Of a DNA stretch of 64,000 nucleotides, positions 48,342-57,998 are shown piece after piece (within the stretch, counting starts at the first letter, position 1; each line of letters starts with the position of its first letter). Made by a program: the position numbers and the translations under genes. The DNA comes from a bacterium (GTDB lineage Bacteria; UBA10199; 2-02-FULL-44-16; JAAZCA01), in assembly GCA_963674695.2 (NCBI GenBank), contig CAXXGI010000001.1, positions 608,001 to 672,000 on the forward strand, in the 5' to 3' direction. Below the pieces are notes generated by a model. The model had not been told where the DNA came from and did no database searches. It saw only the letters and a list, made by a program, of their open reading frames with translations.

Positions 48342-49511
48342 ATGAAGGAACATTCCAAACTCCTCCTCCTCATCGCGGCCTTCCTGACCTGCTATTTCCT
48401 GCCGGTCGGCTGGATCCGTTTCGATCACTCGATCATCGAAGCACTGGCGCTGGTCAAGTGGTATGCGCAGGAGCATGTGCTCCTCTGCCTCATCCCCGCC
48501 TTTTTCATTGCGGGCGCGATCTCGGCCTTTGTGAGCCAAGCCTCGGTCATCAAATACTTCGGCGCCAACGCCAATAAGATTGTGGCCTACTCCATCGCCT
48601 CCATCTCCGGCACGATCCTGGCCGTCTGCTCCTGCACGGTCTTGCCGCTGTTCATGGGGATCTACCGCCGCGGCGCCGGGCTCGGGCCCGCGGTCGCCTT
48701 CCTCTACTCGGGCCCGGCGATCAACGTGCTGGCGATCATCCTCACCGCGCGCGTGCTGGGGCTCGAACTCGGCATCGCCCGGGCCGTCGGAGCCGTCGTC
48801 TTCAGCGTCGTCATCGGACTTTTGATGCACCTGATCTTCCTCAAGGAAGAGCGCGCCCGTCACGAACAGGGCGGGTTGAACGAAATCCCGCAGAAAACCG
48901 TTCGACCGCTATGGCAGGAGATCGTTTTTATCACATCCATGGTTTCGTTTCTCATCTTCGCCAACTGGGGCACACCTCAAAACAATTCCTCGGGGTTGTG
49001 GCACACAATATTTGCCCTTAAGTGGTATCTGGCCGTCGCCTCTCTCGTCGTATTGTGCGTCGCCCTGATCAGCTGGTTCAAGCGACAAGAGCTCGGCAAC
49101 TGGGTGATGCTCTCGTGGGAGTTCGCCAAACAGATTTTACCGCTCCTGCTCATCGGCGTCCTCATCGCCGGTTTTCTGCTGGGCCGTCCGGGGCATGAAG
49201 GGCTCATTCCCCCTCATTATATAGAGGGCCTCGTGGGCGGCAATTCCTTTGGGGCCAACCTCTTCGCCTCGATCGCGGGCGCGTTCATGTATTTTGCCAC
49301 GCTCACCGAGGTGCCGATCCTGCAGGGGCTCATCGGCAGCGGCATGGGCAAGGGACCGGCGCTCGCACTCCTGCTGGCCGGGCCAGCGCTCTCGCTCCCC
49401 AACATGCTCGTCATCCGCAAAGTGATGGGGACAAAGCGAACCATCGTCTACGTGGGACTCGTCGTCATCATGGCGACGATCAGCGGGATGGCATACGGAC
49501 ATCTCTTTTAG
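48342..49511 (+). CDS. DUF318/ArsP-type permease
   Basis: LAVCSCTVLPLF, SGPAIN, MYFATLTEVPI, GPALSLP. Confidence 0.92.
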   Translation: MKEHSKLLLLIAAFLTCYFLPVGWIRFDHSIIEALALVKWYAQEHVLLCLIPAFFIAGAISAFVSQASVIKYFGANANKIVAYSIASISGTILAVCSCTVLPLFMGIYRRGAGLGPAVAFLYSGPAINVLAIILTARVLGLELGIARAVGAVVFSVVIGLLMHLIFLKEERARHEQGGLNEIPQKTVRPLWQEIVFITSMVSFLIFANWGTPQNNSSGLWHTIFALKWYLAVASLVVLCVALISWFKRQELGNWVMLSWEFAKQILPLLLIGVLIAGFLLGRPGHEGLIPPHYIEGLVGGNSFGANLFASIAGAFMYFATLTEVPILQGLIGSGMGKGPALALLLAGPALSLPNMLVIRKVMGTKRTIVYVGLVVIMATISGMAYGHLF

Positions 49512-49522
49512 GAGCGAAACCC

Positions 49523-49792
49523 ATGAAACATATCCAAATCCTCGGAGCCGGATGCCCCAAGTGCACGCAACTGGCCGAAAACACGACGGCCGCAGCGCAG
49601 CACCTTGGAATCGAATACACCATCGAGAAGGTCACGGAGATCGACCGTATCATCGAATTCGGCGTGATGATGACCCCGGCGCTCGTCGTTGATGGAAAAG
49701 TTGTCGCCTCCGGAGGCGTGCCATCGGTCGATGAGATCGCCGAACTTCTCAGCGCACCTTCTCCCTCGACCGAGAAGGGGTCGCGTCCATGA
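49523..49792 (+). CDS. small redox-active disulfide protein (thioredoxin-like, ArsE-like)
   Basis: ILGAGCPKC, GVMMTPALVVDG. Confidence 0.9.
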   Translation: MKHIQILGAGCPKCTQLAENTTAAAQHLGIEYTIEKVTEIDRIIEFGVMMTPALVVDGKVVASGGVPSVDEIAELLSAPSPSTEKGSRP

Positions 49793-50283
49793 TGATCAAA
49801 AGAACACTTCAAATCGTACTGCTCCTCTTCGTCGCGGCGAGCGTCTCCTTCCTCATCGCCAAGGAGTATGCTGGACCGAACGCCTTCCGCAGCGACCAAC
49901 CCGCTGCCCTGGAATCGGCAGCAGCGGAAGGCCCCGATCGAATCGTGCTCTACTACTTTCACGGCTCCCGACGCTGTCATACCTGCAAGACGATCGAGGC
50001 CTATCTGGGTGAGACGCTCACGACTGACTTTTCCCGTGAGCTCGAAGACGGCACGATCGCGTGGCTCCCCGTCAACATCGAGGAACCACAGAACCAACAC
50101 TTCATCGCGCTCTTCAACCTCACCTCCAGCTCTGCGATCATCGCCGAAATCAAGAAGGGGAAAATCGAGCGATCAAAGAACCTCGATCTCGTCTGGGAAC
50201 TCGTCCGCAACAAACCCGTCTTCATGGAATACGTCCGGAACGCGATGAAGGAATTTCTCAAAAAAGAGGACGGCGATGGGTGA
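49789..50283 (+). CDS. ArsF-like periplasmic thioredoxin-fold protein
   Basis: YYFHGSRRCHTCKTIE. Confidence 0.85.
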   Translation: MMIKRTLQIVLLLFVAASVSFLIAKEYAGPNAFRSDQPAALESAAAEGPDRIVLYYFHGSRRCHTCKTIEAYLGETLTTDFSRELEDGTIAWLPVNIEEPQNQHFIALFNLTSSSAIIAEIKKGKIERSKNLDLVWELVRNKPVFMEYVRNAMKEFLKKEDGDG

Positions 50284-50965
50284 TCTTCTCTTCGCCTCAG
50301 CAACGGCCTTCTGGCTTGGCATCCTCACCGCAATCAGCCCCTGTCCGCTGGCGACCACTGTCGCCGCAATCTCCTATGTCGGGCGAAGGGCCGAGCATCC
50401 GCGACTGGTTCTTCTGGCAGGCCTGCTCTATTCCGCCGGCAGGGTTCTGATGTATGTCGCGCTCGCGGGAGCCCTCATCGGGAGCGTTCTGTCCATCTCC
50501 CAGATCTCGTTTTTTCTCCAGCACCACCTCAACAAGATCCTCGGACCGCTGCTCATCGTGGTCGGCATGTTCCTCCTGGATTTGCTCACGATCCGCCGGG
50601 GAGGACCTGGAATGAGCGCAGCGACGCAGAAGCGGATCGAGCGTCTGGGTCTCTTCGGCGCGCTACCGCTCGGGATGCTCTTCGCCGTCTCGTTCTGCCC
50701 CATCTCCGCAGTCATCTTCTTTGGAAGCCTTATCCCGCTGGCGATGAACTATCAGTCCACCTTCGCGCTGCCGATCTTCTACGGCATCGGAACGGCGCTG
50801 CCCGTCCTGATCTTTGCGCTCCTGCTCGCCTTTGGTGCGCACTGGATCGCGAAGGTCTTTCACCGGATATCGAAGGCCGAGCTGTGGCTGCGCCGGGCAA
50901 CGGGATGCATCTTTGTCGGCATCGGCATATACTTCTCGATCATTTTCATCTTTTTGGCACGGTGA
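50276..50965 (+). CDS. ArsG/DsbD-like membrane protein
   Basis: LTAISPCPLAT, SFCP. Confidence 0.88.
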   Translation: MGDLLFASATAFWLGILTAISPCPLATTVAAISYVGRRAEHPRLVLLAGLLYSAGRVLMYVALAGALIGSVLSISQISFFLQHHLNKILGPLLIVVGMFLLDLLTIRRGGPGMSAATQKRIERLGLFGALPLGMLFAVSFCPISAVIFFGSLIPLAMNYQSTFALPIFYGIGTALPVLIFALLLAFGAHWIAKVFHRISKAELWLRRATGCIFVGIGIYFSIIFIFLAR

Positions 50966-51012
50966 ACCCCGTACCCGAAGGGCGTGCTCATCGAGGTGAT
51001 CATGATGCTCAT

Positions 51013-51258
51013 GAGGGTGAACAACGCGACGGCCCGATCTTCTCCATCGAAAAGGAATTGGACAAGAGGTGGTACACGAGCCTCTTCGCCGTCGTCACGA
51101 TCTTCGGTGTCGGCTCTTTCCTCCCCCGCGTGCAGTCCAACAATATCGCCACAAGCCTCAACCCTATCTTCGGCGTTCCCTCTTTCGCCATAGACCTCTT
51201 GCTCATCGCGCTCCGTGAATTCATCCTCTTCTGCGACATCCAGCGCATCGGGCATATG
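51013..51258 (+). pseudogene. remnant of an alanine/glycine:cation symporter (AgcS/AlsT family)
   Basis: EGEQRDGPIFSIEKELDKRW...VQSNNIA..L...FGVP...IQRIG resembles an internal AgcS segment; no proper start. Confidence 0.6.
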
Positions 51259-51322
51259 CCGCAAAAACGCAGACCGCGTGGAAGCATGACTGAACGCTGT
51301 CCACTGACATGACCGAAAATAT

Positions 51323-51336
51323 GCCAACAAATTGAC
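51323..51336. promoter_or_regulatory. putative enhancer-binding protein site (FleQ-box-like)
   Basis: GCCAACAAATTGAC ~110 bp upstream of the sigma54 promoter. Confidence 0.45.
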
Positions 51337-51441
51337 ACCTGCATGTTAGAAATGACCCATTCATTCCCCAACGCGACATCCCTCACATGAAATAACCGAA
51401 TCATTTCAATGCTTCTTCGTAGACTCCCATTTACGCACCAT

Positions 51442-51457
51442 TGGTACGGCATATGCA
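51442..51457 (+). promoter_or_regulatory. sigma54 (-24/-12) promoter
   Basis: TGGTACGGCATATGCA, GG-N10-GC. Confidence 0.6.
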
Positions 51458-51513
51458 TTTCAATCCGGTGACATGCAATTTATTGACGCTATTGGTAAAT
51501 CAGGGGGTAGGCC

Positions 51514-53550
51514 ATGAAACATTCCTATCATCAGAGAGGCGCGTTCACCCTTGTGGTCATGATGGCCAGCTGCATCCTCTTCTGGCTCTCCTGCGGAGGG
51601 GGGAGCAGCGCAACCAGTCCCGCAGCTGCGGAGCCCGCAGACGAACCCACCGAAATCACGGAAACAGCGACCGTCGAGATGACGGTCGGCGGCACGGCGG
51701 TTCTGCCCGTGGCAGCGGCGGCATCGGTGAGCACCAAAACCTTCGGCTTCAGTGACATCATGATGTCGGTCCTCGACGGCGAGACCGAGCTCGCCTCCTG
51801 TGCAATCGCCTCCGATGGCGTCTTTGCCTGCGACATCACCGATGCGTCGCTCGTGCCGGCAGCGGGAACCGTCCTCTGTCTCTCCGCGAGGGACACCGCC
51901 GGAAGTGGCGTCCTCGAGGCGCGCTGCACCATGACGGCGGAGGCGAGCACACTCGACTGCGGAGAAGTCAACGCCGCAACGACGCTGTCGCTTTGGAGTC
52001 TTGAGCGTGCCGAAACGGTTGCCGCGGCCTCAATCGCTCCATCGCTGAGCAGCGCCAATCAGGATCAACTCTACGATGCCCTGATTACCATCTTCGGCAT
52101 GGAGCTCACCGACCTGAGCAATGTCAATCCCGACATGTTCGCGGTCGATCTCTTCACGATCTATCAGGCCTATGTCGCCGCCGTCGAGGCGGGATCGGTC
52201 GATGGCAGCACCATCATCGCCAATACCGATCTCGATGTGCTCATGTCGTTTCTCGCGACAAACTTCGAGGCGATCGCCGAAGGGGCCGATGACGTCGATG
52301 GGATCATGATCGCGCTGATCGGTCTGGAACCGGATCTACTCGGCACAGACGGTGCGGAATTCTTTCTCCAAATCATCGCCGAAACGAAAGCCGCCGGCGG
52401 TGACGTTCCGAGCACCATCATGGGAATTGGAGGGATGATCCCCCTCAGCCTCGGGATGGGACTCTCGTCAACGGCAAGCGAGCTGTTCGGTCAATTCTCC
52501 GACACCCTGCGGCCAAAGATTATTCGCGGGCTCTCGCGCTGCGATGACACCTGTACGCTGACGGCGAATGCAACCTTTTCCGACTTCGAGACCTGCATCC
52601 GTGGCACACGCGTTCTGGGCATGATCAGTTTCGTGATGTTCGGGATATCAATGGAGGACTATGAATACGATGCTGTGTACGCCGATCAAATGGCGGACAT
52701 CGGTGACGATGTGCTCCTGTGCACCCTCCAGAACTGTGGGGACATTGATCTCGCTGCTCTATTTCAAGGAGGACAGGGTATCAGCTCCATATCTGCACCT
52801 GTCGGAGTCAATTTCAGCAGCAGCCCTGGCGGCGGCATATCGGATATCGTCGATTCGGCTGGGGACATCGGGGCCCTTGTGCCCGTGGCCTGTGCCGCTT
52901 GCTTCGACGCCTGCATGGAAATCAACCCGGATGGCGAAGATGAATGCGGGACCCTCTGGATCTACGGCATGATGGAAGTCACCGACTGGATCATCATAGA
53001 TTATCTCGGCCAGCAAGAATACAGCGAAGGTGGCGACGACGACGATGACGATGGCATCGCAAACCTCTCCGGAAACTGGGGGGCACGCACGGGAGAAAAC
53101 AATACTTCCTGGAGCGAATGTGGAGTCTCAAACACCCCCAGCTCAGACACGTACCCCCTTCCGACATATTTGGGCACCGAAATTGTCGTCGTACACAATG
53201 AGACGGGCAACGGAACGCTCGCTATGACTGCAGGCGGGACCAATATCTGGGCGGACACCTTCATGTCCAATGATGTGATGGAGCTCTACCCAATCCAAGA
53301 CAACGATTCAAAACCCCTTGCCTCGGAACCGAACGATGGCCAGGATCCTACATACGACTCGAGACACATCATCGCCTGTGGTGACGGTGACGATGCCTGC
53401 AGTACACTGAATTTGGGGATAGGGGAAAAAGGTTGTCGACTGGAAGTTGTCGTCGACAACGATACCCCATTTCTCAAGATCGGCTGTGAAGTCGATGTCG
53501 GAAGTGGCACCGAGAATTGCGTGAAATACTTGGAGCAATCATCCTCGTGA
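51514..53550 (+). CDS. large acidic Cys-containing lipoprotein
   Basis: lipobox WLSC-GGG; 678 aa. Confidence 0.82.
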   Translation: MKHSYHQRGAFTLVVMMASCILFWLSCGGGSSATSPAAAEPADEPTEITETATVEMTVGGTAVLPVAAAASVSTKTFGFSDIMMSVLDGETELASCAIASDGVFACDITDASLVPAAGTVLCLSARDTAGSGVLEARCTMTAEASTLDCGEVNAATTLSLWSLERAETVAAASIAPSLSSANQDQLYDALITIFGMELTDLSNVNPDMFAVDLFTIYQAYVAAVEAGSVDGSTIIANTDLDVLMSFLATNFEAIAEGADDVDGIMIALIGLEPDLLGTDGAEFFLQIIAETKAAGGDVPSTIMGIGGMIPLSLGMGLSSTASELFGQFSDTLRPKIIRGLSRCDDTCTLTANATFSDFETCIRGTRVLGMISFVMFGISMEDYEYDAVYADQMADIGDDVLLCTLQNCGDIDLAALFQGGQGISSISAPVGVNFSSSPGGGISDIVDSAGDIGALVPVACAACFDACMEINPDGEDECGTLWIYGMMEVTDWIIIDYLGQQEYSEGGDDDDDDGIANLSGNWGARTGENNTSWSECGVSNTPSSDTYPLPTYLGTEIVVVHNETGNGTLAMTAGGTNIWADTFMSNDVMELYPIQDNDSKPLASEPNDGQDPTYDSRHIIACGDGDDACSTLNLGIGEKGCRLEVVVDNDTPFLKIGCEVDVGSGTENCVKYLEQSSS

Positions 53551-53564
53551 TCCTTTGCCCCAAC

Positions 53565-53598
53565 AAAAAACGCCCCGCAGATGCGGGGCGTTTTTTTT
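53565..53598. terminator. bidirectional intrinsic terminator
   Basis: AAAAAACGCCCCGCA-GA-TGCGGGGCGTTTTTTTT. Confidence 0.9.
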
Positions 53599-53614
53599 GC
53601 ATCACCAATGACGA

Positions 53615-54070
53615 TCAGTTCTCCTTCAAAAACATCTCGTCGTAGTCCACCTCGAAGCGCAGCTTGTGCCGGGCCTCCTCCTGCGCGAGTTCCCGGAAGA
53701 GCTTCTGCACCGCTGCATCCTCGGCGCGTGCAGCGAGGTCGGAGTAGAGGCGAAAGGCAGCCTTCTCCTTCTTCATCGCGACGATATAGACATCCTGCAG
53801 GTCCATGTTGTCGGAGACCTCAGCCTCGATGAGATAGTCGGCAAGGTTGATCGCAGGCCCCTTTGCAGCAGAGAGCGTGAAAGCACCCCCCTGTTTCACC
53901 CCTTCGAGTCGACGCTTGTGCCCTTCCTCCTCAGCGGCGAACCCCAGAATCACCTCACCGATCGCTTTGTTCTGCACGCGATCCGCCAAGGCTTGGTAGA
54001 AATAAACTGCGGCAGCCTCCTCGCGAATAGCGAAGTCGAGGACCGCGTCGATTGAATTCGATGGAGCCAT
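53615..54070 (-). CDS. rubrerythrin/ferritin-like di-iron protein
   Basis: AIREE, EEEGHK, AMKKE, EEARHK. Confidence 0.92.
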   Translation of the reverse strand: MAPSNSIDAVLDFAIREEAAAVYFYQALADRVQNKAIGEVILGFAAEEEGHKRRLEGVKQGGAFTLSAAKGPAINLADYLIEAEVSDNMDLQDVYIVAMKKEKAAFRLYSDLAARAEDAAVQKLFRELAQEEARHKLRFEVDYDEMFLKEN

Positions 54071-54082
54071 AATCTTCCTCCT

Positions 54083-55777
54083 TCATTCGGCATTGAGCTT
54101 CCAGGAATAGGCAAACTTCTGGATCAAATCGACGGGGATCCCTTCGAGTTTTTCGAGCACCACCTTCATCTCCGGGCGAATCTCCTCGTAGCGTTCGACG
54201 AAGGCCTTGGCCGCCTTGTAGTCACCGGTTGCCTCGATCGCGAGGAGTTCTCCAGCAAGGTCGCGCGCGGCGTCGGTGATGCGGTCGCGATCGATGCCGA
54301 AGGTCTTCGTCTTGGCATCATAAATGATGGCCCCCTTGTCGAACAGGTAATTGAACTGAATGATATTGGCCTTGCCATGCGCCCCGTGCACGCCAAAGCG
54401 CACCGAGCGAAAGATCGAGGCGAGATAGGTCGGCCAGAGCACCCGCTCGAAGTTCTCCGGATAGATGCCAATCTTGGCCAGATAGGAACGCAGATACGCC
54501 CCGAGCGTGTCGGCCTTGCACTCTTCGATAAAGGAGTAGACCTCCTTGAGCTGTCGGCGCACGTCGGTCTTTCGCCCATGTACGACGATCTCGCCCGGGC
54601 CTAAGCCGTGACTCACCTCATGCATCACCGTGTGCGAAAAGAAGGCATCGGGATCGATGTCCTTGGCGTCCGCAGCGTTCAGCACGCGTTTGGCGATCGG
54701 CGTGAGGATCTTGTCGAACTTCGCCGTCATCACGTTCTTCATCATGACGTTCTTGCTGCCGGCGGTCTTGCGCAAAAACTCCTGATTGGGCAGGTTGAAC
54801 GCCATGGTCTTGATGCCGGAATTGCCATCGCCGGTCGCATAGAGCAGGTGCGCGATGACCAGTTGCGACTTGAGCTTCTTCTCCTTGCCCCGATACTTCT
54901 CCGGAACCGGCAGCTGCTGCTGCATCGCCTTGAGGTTCTCCGCCGACGTAATCTTGGCCAAACGCGCGCTCTCCTCCGGATCGACGTAGAGCACATAGGA
55001 TTGATAGGAGGCCTTATAGCCGAAGAGCTCGTCCTCATAGGTCTCGATCGGACCGATCACGACGTCGATCCCTTCGTGATCGAGGCCCAACCAATCGGTC
55101 TGGCTGGGCACATAGTAGTTCGTGCGAAAGGCCTGCGCGCGACTCTTGAGATATTTTTTTAGCTTCGCATTCGTCGCCAAATCGGAAGCCCGATCGAGAT
55201 GCGCCGCCGCCGGTTCGAGAAACGCCTTGTACGCCTCGGTAAAGGGAATGGACTCGAGCGACTTTCCATCCGTGCCATAACGGATGATGCTGTATTCGCT
55301 CTCGAAGGCATCGCGATCCTTCGGATGTTTTTTGACCCAACGCTCGAACGCCTCCTTGCTCATCGCTTCCGGATAGAAGTTGGCCCCCTTCGGACGCGGA
55401 CCGACCCCATCGATGAACGGTTTATTCTCATCGAGTTGATCGAACGGCCCAAAATTCAATGTAAAATAGTCCAGCAGCGCCCGATCCTTCCCCTTCGCCT
55501 TCTGCAAGCGCTCGTAGAGATCGACGTTTCTGGCCCAGATCTGCCGGAGCAGAATCGGATTCATATAGCGCGCAGCAGCGATCAATTCATTGAGGACCGC
55601 CTTCTCTTCAGCGGTGACCAATTTTTTAAGCCTCGCCGGCAACGCGATCGTGACGGGAACGAACTTCTTCATCTGCATCTTGGCCTCCTTGGTATCGCCC
55701 GTGGGGGCAGCGGCGCCGGCACTGCTCGCCGCGATGATTATCGCTCCAGCGCATACAAATAAGAATAGTCGTTTCAT
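54083..55777 (-). CDS. secreted dipeptidyl peptidase III-like (M49, HExxH type)
   Basis: signal peptide; GPIETYED, AFNLPN, MHEVSHGLG, EECKAD. Confidence 0.9.
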   Translation of the reverse strand: MKRLFLFVCAGAIIIAASSAGAAAPTGDTKEAKMQMKKFVPVTIALPARLKKLVTAEEKAVLNELIAAARYMNPILLRQIWARNVDLYERLQKAKGKDRALLDYFTLNFGPFDQLDENKPFIDGVGPRPKGANFYPEAMSKEAFERWVKKHPKDRDAFESEYSIIRYGTDGKSLESIPFTEAYKAFLEPAAAHLDRASDLATNAKLKKYLKSRAQAFRTNYYVPSQTDWLGLDHEGIDVVIGPIETYEDELFGYKASYQSYVLYVDPEESARLAKITSAENLKAMQQQLPVPEKYRGKEKKLKSQLVIAHLLYATGDGNSGIKTMAFNLPNQEFLRKTAGSKNVMMKNVMTAKFDKILTPIAKRVLNAADAKDIDPDAFFSHTVMHEVSHGLGPGEIVVHGRKTDVRRQLKEVYSFIEECKADTLGAYLRSYLAKIGIYPENFERVLWPTYLASIFRSVRFGVHGAHGKANIIQFNYLFDKGAIIYDAKTKTFGIDRDRITDAARDLAGELLAIEATGDYKAAKAFVERYEEIRPEMKVVLEKLEGIPVDLIQKFAYSWKLNAE

Positions 55778-55960
55778 CTCGAACCTCCGCAGTCGAAAGA
55801 AAGGTTTGCTACCGTATCCCCAGAGGATGGGCAAAATCAAGGACTTTGGTCTGAATCTCACCTCTATCATCTTCGACCGCAGACAGCTATTTTTCGGGCG
55901 CTTCCCCTTGATTTCCAATGCGATCGATGGCAGGTAAGCGCCCAACGAAAAGGAGATCTC

Positions 55961-56410
55961 ATGAAGCGTCGAATCGTACCTATCTTTCTCTTGGCCGCGC
56001 TGCTGGCCATCGCCTCCATTGGCTGTTCCCGCGAATTCTGTTCCCGCTGCGGAACCGTGGTGAGAACCGTCACCTTGCGCGACGTCACCTTCGCCTTCAA
56101 CAAAGCGACACTCAAGCCGGAGGCGAAGCACATCCTCGATTCAAACCTCGGGCTCATCGCCGATGATCCCACGCTCGACCTCTCGATTGAAGGCCATACC
56201 GACATCGTGGGATCGGATGTCTACAATATGAAGCTTTCGGAGCGCCGAGCCCAGTCGGTCTACAATTACCTCCTGTCCAAGGGGGTTGCGGCGAAACGTA
56301 TGCGCACCGTCGGATTCGGCCGCACCCGCCCGCTCGTTCCGAACGATACGCCGGCCAACCGCTCGCTCAATCGCCGGGTCGAGATCAAGTTTATCAAGGC
56401 CAGACCGTGA
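55961..56410 (+). CDS. OmpA-domain lipoprotein
   Basis: lipobox SIGC; IEGHTD..G...YN..LSERRA, NRRVEI. Confidence 0.92.
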   Translation: MKRRIVPIFLLAALLAIASIGCSREFCSRCGTVVRTVTLRDVTFAFNKATLKPEAKHILDSNLGLIADDPTLDLSIEGHTDIVGSDVYNMKLSERRAQSVYNYLLSKGVAAKRMRTVGFGRTRPLVPNDTPANRSLNRRVEIKFIKARP

Positions 56411-56483
56411 TCCGTAATCCGTAATCCGTGAACAGCAATCAAAACCGTGCTATAGTTCCGCTTCACCGTTTACGGGGGTCACC

Positions 56484-57989
56484 ATGAACAAGCACTACGA
56501 AGAGCTCGCCGCGCGTATGCGCGAGACCATGATGCTGGCGAGCGCGGCGGGCGTGCTCGCCTGGGATCAGGAGACCAAGATGCCCGAGCGCGCATCGGGC
56601 ATGCGCGCCGAACAGATGGCTACGCTCTCCGGCATCATTCACGACAAACTGATCGATCCTCAAAACGACAAACTACTGGCCGCCCTGGAACGAACCCGGA
56701 AGGGGCTCACCCCTTCGCAGCGCATCTGCGTGCGCGAGTGGCGTCACGACTACGACCGCAGCACGAAGCTCCCCCGCGACCTCATCGAGGAGCTCGCGCG
56801 CACGTCGACGCTCGCACAGAGCGCATGGATCAAGGCGCGCGCAGCCGACGACTTCTCGCTCTTCGCACCGTGGTTGAAAAAGACCTTCGCCCTCAAGCGC
56901 CGACAGGCCGAGGCAGTCGGCTACAGCGGGCATCCCTACGACGCCCTGCTCGACGACTATGAACCGGGCATGACGGTGGCCGCACTCGATCCGGTGATCG
57001 CAAACCTGCGCGAAGGACTCGTTCCGATCGTCGAGCGCATCCGCCGATCCAAGACACGCGTCGACGCCTCCTGCCTGACCCGACGTTATCCGGAGGATGA
57101 GCAAGAGGCCCTCTGCACGGAGGTCGCACAGGCCCTCGGCGTTGATTTCACCGCAAGCCGGCTGGATCGATCGGCGCACCCCTTCATGATCGGCATCGCG
57201 CCTACCGATGTGCGGATCACGACGCGTTTCAACGAACGCTTCCTGCCGCAGGCGCTCTTCGGCGTCATCCACGAATCGGGGCACGCCCTCTATGAACAGG
57301 GGCTTCCGGAAAAGGCCTTCGGCACGCCGCTGGGCGAGGCGGTCTCCACCAGCATGCACGAATCGCAGTCGCGCTTTTGGGAGAACATGGTCGGACGCAC
57401 ACGACCCTTCGCCGGATGGCTCCTGCCGAAGCTGCGACGACACTTCCCCCAATCGCTCAAGGGGGTCTCCGCCGATGCGTTCTATCGCGCGCTCAGTCGA
57501 GTGCGCGCGACCCCCATCCGCGTGGAAGCGGACGAGGTCACCTATAACCTGCACATCTGCCTGCGCTATGAGATCGAGAAGGAACTCGTCGCCGACACCA
57601 TCCGCGTCAGCGATCTGCCGCGCATCTGGAACGAGCGCATGCAGGCGATGGTCGGGGTCCGCCCGAAGAACGATGCGCAAGGGGTCTTGCAGGACATCCA
57701 CTGGGCGCATGGAATGATCGGCTATTTCCCGACCTATCTGCTCGGCAACCTCTACAGCGCGCAGCTGCGCCATACGATACGGCGCACCATCCCGGAGATG
57801 GACGCGCTCGTCGCCAAGGGCGAGTTCGCCCCGATCCTTCAATGGCTGCGCACAAAGATCCATCGCCACGCCCGGCGCTTTCCGGCCGCCGAACTCATCC
57901 GACGCGCAACCGGCAAACCGCTTGATGCCCGCTTCTTTCTGGAGTACGTGAAGGAGAAGTACGGCCCGATCTACAAGATCACGTGGTAG
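56484..57989 (+). CDS. carboxypeptidase M32
   Basis: HPF, DVRITT, HESGH, HESQ, IRVEADE, QDIHW. Confidence 0.95.
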   Translation: MNKHYEELAARMRETMMLASAAGVLAWDQETKMPERASGMRAEQMATLSGIIHDKLIDPQNDKLLAALERTRKGLTPSQRICVREWRHDYDRSTKLPRDLIEELARTSTLAQSAWIKARAADDFSLFAPWLKKTFALKRRQAEAVGYSGHPYDALLDDYEPGMTVAALDPVIANLREGLVPIVERIRRSKTRVDASCLTRRYPEDEQEALCTEVAQALGVDFTASRLDRSAHPFMIGIAPTDVRITTRFNERFLPQALFGVIHESGHALYEQGLPEKAFGTPLGEAVSTSMHESQSRFWENMVGRTRPFAGWLLPKLRRHFPQSLKGVSADAFYRALSRVRATPIRVEADEVTYNLHICLRYEIEKELVADTIRVSDLPRIWNERMQAMVGVRPKNDAQGVLQDIHWAHGMIGYFPTYLLGNLYSAQLRHTIRRTIPEMDALVAKGEFAPILQWLRTKIHRHARRFPAAELIRRATGKPLDARFFLEYVKEKYGPIYKITW

Positions 57990-57998
57990 GAGGTCGCT

